In this document: positions 26,201-39,100 of the stretch, piece by piece
How the letters are laid out: each line of letters opens with the position of its first letter
Numbering within the stretch: position 1 is the stretch's first letter
Origin: Camelus dromedarius
Lineage: Eukaryota
Length of the DNA stretch: 64,000 nucleotides
Direction: 5' to 3'
NCBI RefSeq assembly: GCF_036321535.1
Contig: NC_087436.1
Span: 806,001-870,000 of the forward strand
Position numbers and translations under genes: made by a program
Notes under the pieces: generated by a model
What the model was told of the DNA's origin: nothing
What the model saw: only the letters and a program-made list of their open reading frames with translations
The model's database searches: none

Positions 26201-27180
26201 TCTCTGCTTTCTCAGTCTGTTTCCTAGTGCCAGTTTGAAGTTCCTGCAGTTTTCATTATCAAACCGATTTGGAGCTAGTATCTCCCCATATATATGTATG
26301 GAATGGAGTTTACAACTGAAAAGAAACTTTGTGTTCCCAACAAGCTTGGTGAAGAGCGGCTTTCACACACACTTATCTCTCAGAACTGAGCAAGTGGAGA
26401 GACGTTCGTTCATCCAGCACCAAGGGTACGGGTTGCAGGAGACACTTTTTCTCTGATTTCTCAGTCTGTTTCCTAGTGCCGGTTTGAAGTTCCTGCAGTT
26501 ATCACTGTAAAACCGAGTTGGAGCTTCTACCTCCCCATATATATGTATGGAATGGAGTTTGCAACTGAAAAGAAACTTTGTGTTCCCAACAATCTAGGTG
26601 AAGGACGGCTTTCACACACACTTATCTCTCAGAACTGAGCAAGTGGAGAGACGTTCGTTCATCTAGCACCAAGGGAACGGGTTGCAGGAGACACTTTTTC
26701 TCTGTTTTCTCAGTCTGTTTCCTAGTGCCGGTTTGAAGTTCCTGCAGTTTTCACTGTGAAACCCAGTTGGAGCTTCTACCTCCCCATATATATGTATGGA
26801 ATGGAGTTTGCAACTGAAAAGAAACTTTGTGTTCCCAACAAGCAAGGTGAAGGACGGCTTTCATACACACATATCTCTCAGAACTGAGCAAGTGGAGAGA
26901 TGTTCGTTCATCTAGCACCAAGGGAACGGGTTGCAGGAGACACTTTTTCTCTGCTTTCTCAGTCTGTTTCCTAGTGCCGGTTTGAAGTTCCTGCAGTTTT
27001 CACTGTCAATCCGAGTTGGAGCTAGTACCTCCCCGTATATATCTATGGAATGGAGTTTGCAACTGAAAAGAAACTTTGTGTTCCCAACAAGCTAGGTGAA
27101 GGACGGCTTTCACACACATTTATCTCTCAGAACTGAGCAAGTGGAGAGACGTTCGTTCATGTAGCACCAAGGGAACGGGT
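8264..27180 (+). repeat. Homogeneous HOR core of domain A with 17-, 14- and 20-monomer units followed by rearranged 9-mer units
   Basis: Unit starts at 8264, 12496, 15977 and 20956 give offsets of 4232, 3481 and 4979. The same offsets hold for the marker AAGTGTACGGG (9248, 13480, 16961, 21940) and the 1-bp deletion TGAACCCATTT (8837, 13069, 16550, 21529). Confidence 0.85.
17221..20200 (+). repeat. Tandem duplication of 6 monomers (1494 bp)
   Basis: ORF-track pairs 17221/18715, 17793/19287 and 18217/19711 are all offset by 1494 and have identical translations. Confidence 0.88.
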
Positions 27181-30100
27181 TGCAGGAGACACTTTTTCTC
27201 TGCTTTCTCAGTCTGTTTCCTAGTGCCGGTTTGAAGTTCCTGCAGTTTTCATTGTCAAACCGATTTGGAGCTAGTATCTCCCCTTATATATGTATGGAAT
27301 GGAGTTTACAACTGAAAAGAAACTTTGTGTTCCCAACAAGGTTGGTGAAGAGCGGCTTTCACACACACTTATCTCTCAGAACTGAGCAAGTGGAGAGACG
27401 TTCGTTCATCCAGCACCAAGGGAACGGGTTGCAGGAGACAATTTTTCTCTGCTTTCTCAGTCTGTTTCCTAGTGCCGGTTTGAAGTTCCTGCAGTTATCA
27501 CTGTAAAACCGAGTTGGAGCTTGTACCTCCCCATATATATGTATGGAATGGAGTTTGCAACTGAAAAGAAACTTTGTGTTCCCAACAAGCTAGGTGAAGG
27601 ACGGCTTTCACACACTCTTATCTCTCAGAACTGAGCAAGTGGAGAGACGTTCGTTCATCTAGCACCAAGGGAACGGGTTGCAGGAGACACTTTTTCTCTG
27701 CTTTCTCAGTCTGTTTCCTAGTGCCGGTTTGAAGTTCCTGCAGTTTTCACTGTGAAACCCAGTTGGAGCTTCTACCTCCCCATATATATGTATGGAATGG
27801 AGTTTGCAACTGAAAAGAAACTTTGTGTTCCCAACAAGCTAGGTGAAGGACCGCTTTCACACACACTTATCTCTCAGAACTGAGCAAGTGGAGAGACGTT
27901 CGTTCATGTAGCACAAAGGGAACGGGTTGCAGGAGACACTTATTCTCTGCATTTTCAGTCTGTTTCCTAGTGCCGGTTTGAAGTTCCTGCAGTTTTCACT
28001 GTCAAACCGAGTTGGAGCTAGTACCTCCCCATATATATGTATGGAATTGAGTTGGCAACTGAAAAGAAACTTTGTGTTCCGAACAAGCTAGGTGAAGGAC
28101 GGCTTTCACACACACTTATCTCTCAGAACTGAGCAAGTGGAGAGACGTTTTTTCATGTAGCAGCAAGGGAACGGGTTGCAGGAGACACTTTTTCTCTGCT
28201 TCCTCAGTCTGTTTCCTAGTGCCGGTTTGAAGTTCCTGCAGTTTTCACTGTAAAACCGAGTTGGAGCTTGTACCTCCCCATATATATGTATGGAATGGAG
28301 TTTGCAACTGAAAAGAAACTTTGTGTTCCCAACAAGCTAGGTGAAGTACGGCTTTCACACACACTTATCTCTCAGAACTGAGCAAGTGGAGAGACGTTCG
28401 TTCATGTAGCACAAAGGGAACGGGTTGCAGGAGACACTTTTTCTCTGCTTTCTCAGTCTGTTTCCTAGTGCCGGTTTGAAGTTCCTGCAGTTTTCACTCT
28501 CAAACCGAGTTGGAGCTAGTACCTCCCAATATATATGTATGGAATTGAGTTGGCAACTGAAAAGAAACTTTGTGTTCCCAAAAAGATAGGTGAAGGACGG
28601 CTTTCACACACACTTATCTCTCAGAACTGAGCAAGTGGAGAGACGTTCTTTCATGTAGCACCAAGGGAACGGGTTGCCGGAGACACTTTTTCTCTGCTTC
28701 CTCAGTCTGTTTCCTAGTGCCGGTTTGAAGTTCCTGCAGTTTTCACTGTAAAACCGAGTTGGAGCTTGTACCTCCCCATATATATGTATGGAATGGAGTT
28801 TGCAACTGAAAAGAAACTTTGTGTTCCCAACAAGCTAGGTGAAGGACGGCTTTCACACACACTTATCTCTCAGAACTGAGCAAGTGGAGAGACGTTCGTT
28901 CATCTAGCACCAAGGGAACGGGTTGCAGGAGACACTTTTTCTCTGCTTTCTCAGTCTGTTTCCTAGTGCCGGTTTGAAGTTCCTGCAGTTTTCACTGTGA
29001 AACAGAGTTGGAGCTTCTACCTCCCCATATATATGTATGGAATGGAGTTCGCAACTGAAAAGAAACTTTGTGTTCCCAACAAGCTAGGTGAAGGACGGCT
29101 TTCACACACACTTATCTCTCAGAACAGAGCAATTGGAGAGACGTTCGTTCATCTAGCACCAAGGGAACGCGTTGCAGGAGACACTTTTTCTCTGCTTTCT
29201 CAGTCTGTTTCCTAGTGCCGGTTTGAAGTTCCTGCAGTTTTCACTGTCAACCCGAGTTGGAGCTAGTACCTCCCCATATATATGTATGGAATGGAGTTTG
29301 CAACTGAAAAGAAACTTTGTGTTCCCAACAAGCAAGGTGAAGGACGGCTTTCACATGCACATATCTCTCAGAACTGAGCAAGTGGAGAGATGTTCGTTCA
29401 TCTAGCACCAAGGGAACGGGTTGCAGGAGACACTTTTTCTCTGCTTTCTCAGTCTGTTTCCTAGTGCCGGTTTGAAGTTCCTGCAGTTTTAATTGTCAAA
29501 CCGATTTGGAGCTAGTATCTCCCCATATATATGTATGGAATGGAGTTTACAACTGAAAAGAAACTTTGTGTTCCCAACAAGCTTGGTGAAGAGCGGCTTT
29601 CACACACACATATCTCTCAGAACTGAGCAAGTGGAGAGACGTTCGTTCATCCAGCACCAAGGGAACGGGTTGCAGGAGACACTTTTTCTCTGCTTTCTCA
29701 GTCTGTTTCCTAGTGCCGGTTTGAAGTTCCTGCAGTTATCACTGTAAAACCGAGTTGGAGCTTGTACCTCCCCATATATATGTATGGAATGGAGTTTGCA
29801 ACTGAAAAGAAACTTTGTGTTCCCAACAAGCTAGGTGAAGGACGGCTTTCACACACACTTATCTCTCAGAACTGAGCAAGTGGAGAGACGTTCGTTCATC
29901 TAGCACCAAGGGAACGGGTTGCAGGAGACACTTTTTCTCTGCTTTCTCAGTCTGTTTCCTAGTGCCGGTTTGAAGTTCCTGCAGTTTTCACTGTGAAACA
30001 GAGTTGGAGCTAGTACCTCCCCATATATATGTATGGAATGGAGTTTGCAACTGAAAAGAAACTTTGTTTTCCCAACAAGCTAGGTGAAGGACGGCTTTCA

Positions 30101-33100
30101 CACACACTTATCTCTCAGAACAGAGCAATTGGAGAGACGTTCGTTCATCTAGCACCAAGGGAACGCGTTGCAGGAGACACTTTTTCTCTGCTTTCTCAGT
30201 CTGTTTCCTAGTGCCGGTTTGAAGTTCCTGCAGTTTTCACTGTCAACCCGAGTTGGAGCTAGTACCTCCCCATATATATGTATGGAATGGAGTTTGCAAC
30301 TGAAAAGAAACTTTGTGTTCCCAACAAGCAAGGTGAAGGACGGCTTTCACACGCACATATCTCTCAGAACTGAGCAAGTGGAGCGATGTTCGTTCATCTA
30401 GCACCAAGGGAACGGGTTGCAGGAGACACTTTTTCTCTGCTTTCTCAGTCTGTTTCCTAGTGCCGGTTTGAAGTTCCTGCAGTTTTCATTGTCAAACCGA
30501 TTTGGAGCTAGTATCTCCCCATATATATGTATGGAATGGAGTTTACAACTGAAAAGACACTTTGTGTTCCCAACAAGCTTGGTGAAGAGCGGCTTTCACA
30601 CACACTTATCTCTCAGAACTGAGCAAGTGGAGAGACGTTCGTTCATCCAGCACCAAGGGAACGGGTTGCAGGAGACACTTTTTCTCTGCTTTCTCAGTCT
30701 GTTTCCTATTGCCGGTTTGAAGTTCCTGCAGTTATCACTGTAAAACCGAGTTGTAGCTTGTACCTCCCCATATATATGTATGGAATGGAGTTTGCAACTG
30801 AAAAGAAACTTTGTGTTCCCAACAAGCTAGGTGAAGTACGGCTTTCACACACACTTATCTCTCAGAACTGAGCAAGTGGAGAGACGTTCGTTCATCTAGC
30901 ACCAAGGGAACGGGTTGCAGGAGACACTTTTTCTCTGCTTTCTCAGTCTGTTTCCTAGTGCCGGTTTGAAGTTCCTGCAGTTTTCACTGTGAAACCCAGT
31001 TGGAGCTTCTACCTCCCCATATATATGTATGGAATGGAGTTTGCAACTGAAAAGAAACTTTGTGTTCCCAACAAGCTAGTTGAAGGACCGCTTTCACACA
31101 CACTTATCTCTCAGAACTGAGCAAGTGGAGAGACGTTCGTTCATGTAGCACAAAGGGAACGGGTTGCAGGAGACACTTATTCTCTGAATTTTCAGTCTGT
31201 TTCCTAGTGCCGGTTTGAAGTTCCTGCAGTTTTCACTGTCAAACCGAGTTGGAGCTAGTACCTCCCCATATATATGTATGGAATTGAGTTGGCAACTGAA
31301 AAGAAACTTTGTGTTCCCAACAAGCTAGGTGAAGGACGGCTTTCACACACACTTATCTCTCAGAACTGAGTAAGTGGAGAGACGTTTTTTCATGTAGCAG
31401 CAAGGGAACGGGTTGCAGGAGACACTTTTTCTCTGCTTCCTCAGTCTGTTTCCTAGTGCCGGTTTGAAGTTCCTGCAGTTTTCACTCTCAAACCGAGTTG
31501 GAGCTAGTACCTCCCAATATATATGTATGGAATTGAGTTGGCAACTGAAAAGAAACTTTGTGTTCCCAACAAGATAGGTGAAGGACGGCTTTCACACACA
31601 CTTATCTCTCAGAACTGAGCAAGTGGAGAGACGTTCTTTCATGTAGCACCAAGGGAACGGGTTGCAGGAGACACTTTTTCTCTGCTTCCTCAGTCTGTTT
31701 CCTAGTGCCGGTTTGAAGTTCCTGCAGTTTTCACTGTAAAACCGAGTTGGAGCTTGTACCTCCCCATATATATGTATGGAATGGAGTTTGCAACTGAAAA
31801 GAAACTTTGTGTTCCCAACAAGCTAGGTGAAGGACGGCTTTCAAACACACTTATCTCTCAGAACTGAGCAAGTGGAGAGATGTACGTTCATCTAGCACCA
31901 AGGGAACGGGTTGCAGGAGACACTTTTTCTCTGCTTTCTCAGTCTGTTTCCTAGTGCCGGTTTGAAGTTCCTGCAGTTTTCATTGTCAAACCGATTTGGA
32001 GCTAGTATCTCCCCATATATATGTATGAAATGGAGTTTACAACTGAAAAGAAACTTTGTGTTCCCAACAAGCTTGGTGAAGAGAGGCTTTCACACACACT
32101 TATCTCTCAGAACTGAGCAAGTGGAGAGACGTTCGTTCATCCAGCACCAAGGGAACGGGTTGCAGGAGACACTTTTTCTCTGCTTTCTCATTCTGTTTCC
32201 TAGTGCCGGTTTGAAGTTCCTGCAGTTATAACTGTAAAACCCATTTGGAGCTTGTACCTCCCCATATATATGTATGGAATGGAGTTTGCAACTGAAAAGA
32301 AACTTTGTGTTCCCAACAAGCTAGGTGAAGGACGGCTTTCACACACACTTATCTCTCAGAACTGAGCAAGTGGAGAGACGTTCGTTCATCTAGCACCAAG
32401 GGAACGGGTTGCAGGAGACACTTTTTCTCTGCTTTCTCAGTCTGTTTCCTAGTGCCGGTTTGAAGTTCCTGCAGTTTTCACTGTCAATCCGTGTTGGAGC
32501 TAGTACCTCCCCGTATATATGTATGGAATGGAGTTTGCAACTGAAAAGAAACTTTGTGTTCCCAACAAGCTAGGTGAAGGACGGCTTTCACACACATTTA
32601 TCTCTCAGAACTGAGCAAGTGGAGAGACGTTCGTTCATGTAGCACCAAGGGAACGGGTTGCAGGAGACACTTTTTCTCTGCTTTCTCAGTCTGTTTCCTA
32701 GTGCCGGTTTGAAGTTCCTGCAGTTTTCATTGTCAAACCGATTTGGAGCTAGTATCTCCCCACATATATGTATGGAATGGAGTTTACAACTGAAAAGAAA
32801 CTTTGTGTTCCCAACAAGCTTGGTGAAGAGCGGCTTTCACACACACTTATCTCTCAGAACTGAGCAAATGGAGAGACGTTCGTTCATCCAGCACCAAGGG
32901 AACGGGTTGCAGGAGACACTTTTTCTCTGCTTTCTCAGTCTGTTTCCTAGTGCCGGTTTGAAGTTCCTGCAGTTATCACTGTAAAACCGAGTTGGAGCTT
33001 GTACCTCCCCATATATATGTATGGAATGGAGTTTGCAACTGAAAAGAAACTTTGTGTTCCCAACAAGCTAGGTGAAGGACGGCTTTCACACACACTTATC

Positions 33101-33599
33101 TCTCAGAACTGAGCAAGTGGAGAGACGTTCGTTCATCTAGCACCAAGGGAACAGGTTGCAGGAGACACTTTTTCTCTGTTTTCTCAGTCTGTTTCCTAGT
33201 GCCGGTTTGAAGTTCCTGCAGTTTTCACTGTGAAACCCAGTTGGAGCTTCTACCTCCCCATATATATGTATGGAATGGAGTTTGCAACTGAAAAGAAACT
33301 TTGTGTTCCCAACAAGCAAGGTGAAGGACGGCTTTCACACACACTTATCTCTCAGAACTGAGCAAGTGGAGAGACGTTCGTTCATCTAGCACCAAGGGAG
33401 CGGGTTGCAGGAGACACTTTTTCTCTGCTTTCTCAGTCTGTTTCCTAGTGCCGGTTTGAAGTTCCTGCAGTTTTCACTGTCAATCCGAGTTGGAGCTAGT
33501 ACCTCCCCATATATATGTATGGAATGGAGTTTGCAATTGAAAAGAAACTTTGTGTTCCCAACAAGCTAGGTGAAGGACGGCTTTCACACACATTTATCT

Positions 33600-36120
33600 C
33601 TCAGAACTGAGCAAGTGGAGAGACGTTCGTTCATGTAGCACCAAGGGAACGGGTTGCAGGAGACACTTTTTCTCTGCTTTCTCAGTCTGTTTCATAGTGC
33701 CGGTTAGAAGTTCCTGCAGTTTTCACTGTCAAAACGAGTTGGAGCTAGTACCTCCCCATATATATGTATGGAATGGAGTTTGCAACTGAAAAGAAACTTT
33801 GTGTTCCCAACAAGCTAGGTGAAGGACGGCTTTCACACACACTTATCTGTCAGAACTGAGCAAGTGGAGAGACGTTCGTTCATCTAGCACCAAGGGAACG
33901 GGTTGCAGGAAACACTTTTTCTCTGCTTTCTCAGTCTGTTTCCTAGTGCCGGTTTTAAGTTCCTGCAGTTTTCACTGTAAAACCGAGTTGGAGCTTCTAC
34001 CTCCCCATATATATGTATGGAATGGAGTTTGCAACTGAAAAGAAACTTTGTGTTCCCAACAAGCTAGGTGAAGGACGGCTTTCACACACAATTATCTCTC
34101 AGAAATGAGCAAGTGGAGAGACTTTCGTTCATCTAGCACCAAGGGAACGGGTTGCAGGAGACACTTTTTCTCTGCTTTCTCTGTCTGTTTCCTAGTGCCG
34201 GTTATTAGTTCCTGCAGTTTTCACTGTAAAACAGAGTTGGAGCTAGTAATTCCCCATATATATGTATGGAATGGAGTTTGCAACTGAAAAGAAACTTTGT
34301 GTTCCCAACAAGCTAGGTGAAGGATGGCTTTCACACACATTTATCTCTAAGAACTGAGCAAGTGGAGAGACGTTCGTTCATGTAGCACAAAGGGAACGGG
34401 TTGCAGTAGACACTTTTTCTCTGCTTTTTCAGTCTGTTTCCTAGTGCCGGGTTGAAGTTCCTGCAGTTTTCACTGTCAAACCGAGTTGGAGCTAGTACCT
34501 CCCCATATATATGTATGGAATGGAGTAGGCAACTGAAAAGAAACTTTGTGTTCCAAACAAGCTAGTGAAGGACGGCTTTCACACACACATATCTCTCAAA
34601 ACTGAGCAAGTGGAGAGACGTTCGTTCATCTAGCACCAAGGGAACGGGTTGCAGGAGACACTTTTTCTCTGTTTTCTCAGTCTGTTTCCTAGTGCCGGTT
34701 TGAAGTTCCTGCAGTTTTCACTGTGAAATCGAGTTGGAGCTTCTACCTCCCCATATATATGTATGGAATGGAGTTTGCAACTGAAAAGAAACTTTGTGTT
34801 CCCAACAAGCTAGGTGAAGGACGGCTTTCACACACACTTATCTCTCAGAACTGAGCAAGTGGAGAGACGTTCGTTCATGTAGCACCAAGGGAACGGGTTG
34901 CAGGAGACACTTTTTCTCTGCTTTCTCAGTCTGTTTCATAGTGCCGGTTAGAAGTTCCTGCAGTTTTCACTGTCAAAACGAGTTGGAGCTAGTACCTCCC
35001 CATATATATGTATGGAATGGAGTTTGCAACTGAAAAGAAACTTTGTGTTCCCAACAAGCTAGGTGAAGGACGGCTTTCACACACACTTATCTGTCAGAAC
35101 TGAGCAAGTGGAGAGACGTTCGTTCATCTAGCACCAAGGGAACGGGTTGCAGGAAACACTTTTTCTCTGCTTTCTCAGTCTGTTTCCTAGTGCCGGTTTT
35201 AAGTTCCTGCAGTTTTCACTGTAAAACCGAGTTGGAGCTTCTACCTCCCCATATATATGTATGGAATGGAGTTTGCAACTGAAAAGAAACTTTGTGTTCC
35301 CAACAAGCTAGGTGAAGGACGGCTTTCACACACAATTATCTCTCAGAAATGAGCAAGTGGAGAGACTTTCGTTCATCTAGCACCAAGGGAACGGGTTGCA
35401 GGAGACACTTTTTCTCTGCTTTCTCTGTCTGTTTCCTAGTGCCGGTTATTAGTTCCTGCAGTTTTCACTGTAAAACAGAGTTGGAGCTAGTAATTCCCCA
35501 TATATATGTATGGAATGGAGTTTGCAACTGAAAAGAAACTTTGTGTTCCCAACAAGCTAGGTGAAGGATGGCTTTCACACACATTTATCTCTAAGAACTG
35601 AGCAAGTGGAGAGACGTTCGTTCATGTTGCACAAAGGGAACGGGTTGCAGTAGACACTTTTTCTCTGCTTTTTCTGTCTGTTTCCTAGTGCCGGGTTGAA
35701 GTTCCTGCAGTTTTCACTGTCAAACCGAGTTGGAGCTAGTACCTCCCCATATATATGTATGGAATGGAGTAGGCAACTGAAAAGAAACTTTGTGTTCCAA
35801 ACAAGCTAGTGAAGGACGGCTTTCACACACACATATCTCTCAAAACTGAGCAAGTGGAGAGACGTTCGTTCATCTAGCACCAAGGGAACGGGTTGCAGGA
35901 GACACTTTTTCTCTGTTTTCTCAGTCTGTTTCCTAGTGCCGGTTTGAAGTTCCTGCAGTTTTCACTGTGAAATCGAGTTGGAGCTTCTACCTCCCCATAT
36001 ATATGTATGGAATGGAGTTTGCAACTGAAAAGAAACTTTGTGTTCCCAACAAGCTAGGTGAAGGACGGCTTTCACACACACTTATCTCTCAGAACTGAGC
36101 AAGTGGAGAGACGTTCGTTC
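33600..36120 (+). repeat. Tandem duplication of a divergent 5-monomer unit (1244 bp)
   Basis: The private variants TTCATAGTGCCGGTTAG, TATCTGTCAG, GGAAACAC, GTTATTAGTT, GAGTAGGC, GCTAGTGAAG (1-bp deletion) and GAAATCGAG each recur 1244 bp apart (ORFs 34105/35349). Confidence 0.9.
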
Positions 36121-39100
36121 ATCTAGCACCAAGTGAACGGGTTGCAGGAGACACTTTTTCTCTGCTTTCTCAGTCTGTTTCCTAGTGCCGGTTTGAAGTT
36201 CCTGCAGTTTTCACTGTCAAACCGAGTTGGAGCTAGTACCTCCCATATATATGTATGGAATGGAGTTTGCAACTGAAAAGAAACTTTGTGTTCCCAACAA
36301 GCTAGGTGAAGGACGGCTTTCACACACACTTATCTCTCAGAACTGAGCAAGTGGAGAGACGTTCGTTCATGTAGCACCAAGGGAACGCGTTGCAGGAGAC
36401 ACTTTTTCTCTGCTTTCTCAGTCTGTTTCCTAGTGCCGGTTTGAAGTTCCTGCAGTTTTCACTGTCAACCCGAGTTGGAGCTAGTACCTCCCCATATATA
36501 TGTATGGAATGGAGTTTGCAACTGAAAAGAAACTTTGTGTTCCCAACAAGCTAGGTGAAGGACGGCTTTCACACGCACATATCTCTCAGAACTGAGCAAG
36601 TGGAGAGATGTTCGTTCATCCAGCACCAAGGGAACGGGTTGCAGGAGACACTTTTTCTCTGCTTTCTCAGTCTGTTTCCTAGTGCCGGTTTGAAGTTCCT
36701 GCAGTTTTCATTGTCAAACCGATTTGGAGCTAGTATCTCCCCATATATATGTATGGAATGGAGTTTACAACTGAAAAGAAACTTTGTGTTCCCAACAAGC
36801 TTGGTGAAGAGCGGCTTTCACACACACTTATCTCTCCGAACTGAGCAAGTGGAGAGACGTTCGTTCATCCAGCACCAAGGGAACGGGTTGCAGGAGACAC
36901 TTTTTCTCTGCTTTCTTAGTCTGTTTCCTAGTGCCGGTTTGAAGTTCCTGCAGTTATCACTGTAAAACCGAGATGGAGCTTGTACCTCCCCATATATATG
37001 TATGGAATGGAGTTTGCAACTGAAAAGAAACTTTGTGTTCCCAACAAGCTAGGTGAAGGACGGCTTTCACACACACTTATCTCTCAGAACTGAGCAAGTG
37101 GAGAGACGTTCGTTCATCTAGCACCAAGGGAACGGGTTGCAGGAGACACTTTTTCTCTGCTTTCTCAGTCTGTTTCCTAGTGCCGGTTTGAAGTTCCTGC
37201 AGTTTTCACTGTGAAACCCATTTGGAGCTTGTACCTCCCCATATATATGTATGGAATGGAGTTTGCAACTGAAAAGAAACTTTGTGTTCCCAACAAGCTA
37301 GGTGAAGGACGGCTTTCACACACACTTATCTCTCAGAACTGAGCAAGTGGAGAGACGTTCGTTCATCTAGCACCAAGGGAACGGGTTGCAGGAAACACTT
37401 TTTCTCTGCTTTCTCAGTCTGTTTCCTAGGGCCGGTTTGAAGTTCCTGCAGTTTTCACTGTCAATCCGTGTTGGAGCTAGAACCTCCCCGTATATATGTA
37501 TGGAATGGAGTTTGCAACTGAAAAGAAACTTTGTGTTCCCAACAAGCTAGGTGAAGGACGGCTTTCACACACATTTATCTCTCAGAACTGAGCAAGTGGA
37601 GAGACGTTCGTTCATGTAGCACCAAGGGAACGGGTTGCAGGAGACACTTTTTCTCTGCTTTCTCAGTCTGTTTCCTAGTGCCGGTTTGAAGTTCCTGCAG
37701 TTTTCATTGTCAAACCGATTTTGATCTAGTATCTCCCCATATATATGTATGGAATGGAGTTTACAACTGAAAAGAAACTTTGTGTTCCCAACAAGCTTGG
37801 TGAAGAGCGGCTTTCACACACACTTATCTCTCAGAACTGAGCAAGTGGAGAGACGTTCGTTCATCCAGCACCAAGGGAACGGGTTGCAGGAGACACTTTT
37901 TCTCTGCTTTCTCAGTCTGTTTCCTAGTGCCGGTTAGAAGTTCCTGCAGTTATCACTGTAAAACCGAGTTGGAGCTTGTACCTCCCCATATATATGTATG
38001 GAATGGAGTTTGCAACTGAAAAGAAACTTTGTGTTCCCAACAAGCTAGGTGAAGGACGGCTTTCACACACACTTATCTCTCAGAACTGAGCAAGTGGAGA
38101 GACGTTCGTTCATCTAGCACCAAGGGAACGGGTTGCAGGAGACACTTTTTCTCTGTTTTCTCAGTCTGTTTCCTAGTGCCGGTTTGAAGTTCCTGCAGTT
38201 TTCACTGTGAAACCCAGTTGGAGCTTCTACCTCCCCATATATATGTATGGAATGGAGTTGGCAACTGAAAAGAAACTTTGTGTTCCCAACAAGCTAGGTG
38301 AAGGACGGCTTTCACACACATTTATCTCTCAGAACTGAGCAATTGGAGAGACGTTCGTTCATCTAGCACCAAGGGAACGGGTTGCAGGAGACACTTTTTC
38401 TCTGCTTTCTCAGTCTGTTTCCTAGGGCCGGTTTGAAGTTCCTGCAGTTTTCACTGTCAAACCGAGTTGGAGCTAGTACCTCCCCATATATATGCATGGA
38501 ATGGAGTTTGCAACTGAAAAGAAACTGTGTGTTCCCAACAAGCTAGGTGAAGGACGGCTTTCACACACACTTATCTCTCAGAACAGAGCAAGTGGAGAGA
38601 CGTTCGTTCATCTAGCACCAAGGGAACGGGTTGCAGGAGACACTTTTTCTCTGCTTTCTCAGTCTGTTTCCTATGCCGTTTTAAAGTTCCTGCAGTTTTC
38701 ACTGTCAAACCGAGTTGGAGCTAGTACCTCCCCATATATATGTATGGAATGGAGTTTGCAACTGAAAAGAAACTGTGTTCCCAACAAGCTAGGTGAAGGA
38801 CGGCTTTCACACGCACATATCTCTCAGAACTGAGCAAGTGGAGAGACGTTCGTTCATCTAGCACCAAGGGAACGGGTTGCAGGAGACACTTTTTCTCTGC
38901 TTCCTCAGTCTGTTTCCTAGTGCCGGTTAGAATTTCCTGCAGTTTTCACTGTAAAACCGAGTTGGAGCTTGTACCTCCCCATATATATGTATGGAATGGA
39001 GTTTGCAACTGAAAAGAAACTTTGTGTTCCCAACAAGCTAGGTGAAGGACGGCTTTCACACGCACATATCTCTCAGAACTGAGCAAGTGGAGAGACGTTC

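Larger units (their letters stand above)
1..38300 (+). repeat. Subfamily domain A (HindIII-variant monomers)
   Basis: A recurrent monomer carries the linked variants TTTTCATT, CCGATTTGG, AGTATCTCC, TTTACAAC, AAGCTTGGTGAAGAGCGG and ATCCAG. It is first seen near 1.6 kb and last near 37.8 kb, and I did not see it beyond. The AACAGAGCAATTGG monomers also belong here. Confidence 0.85.
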
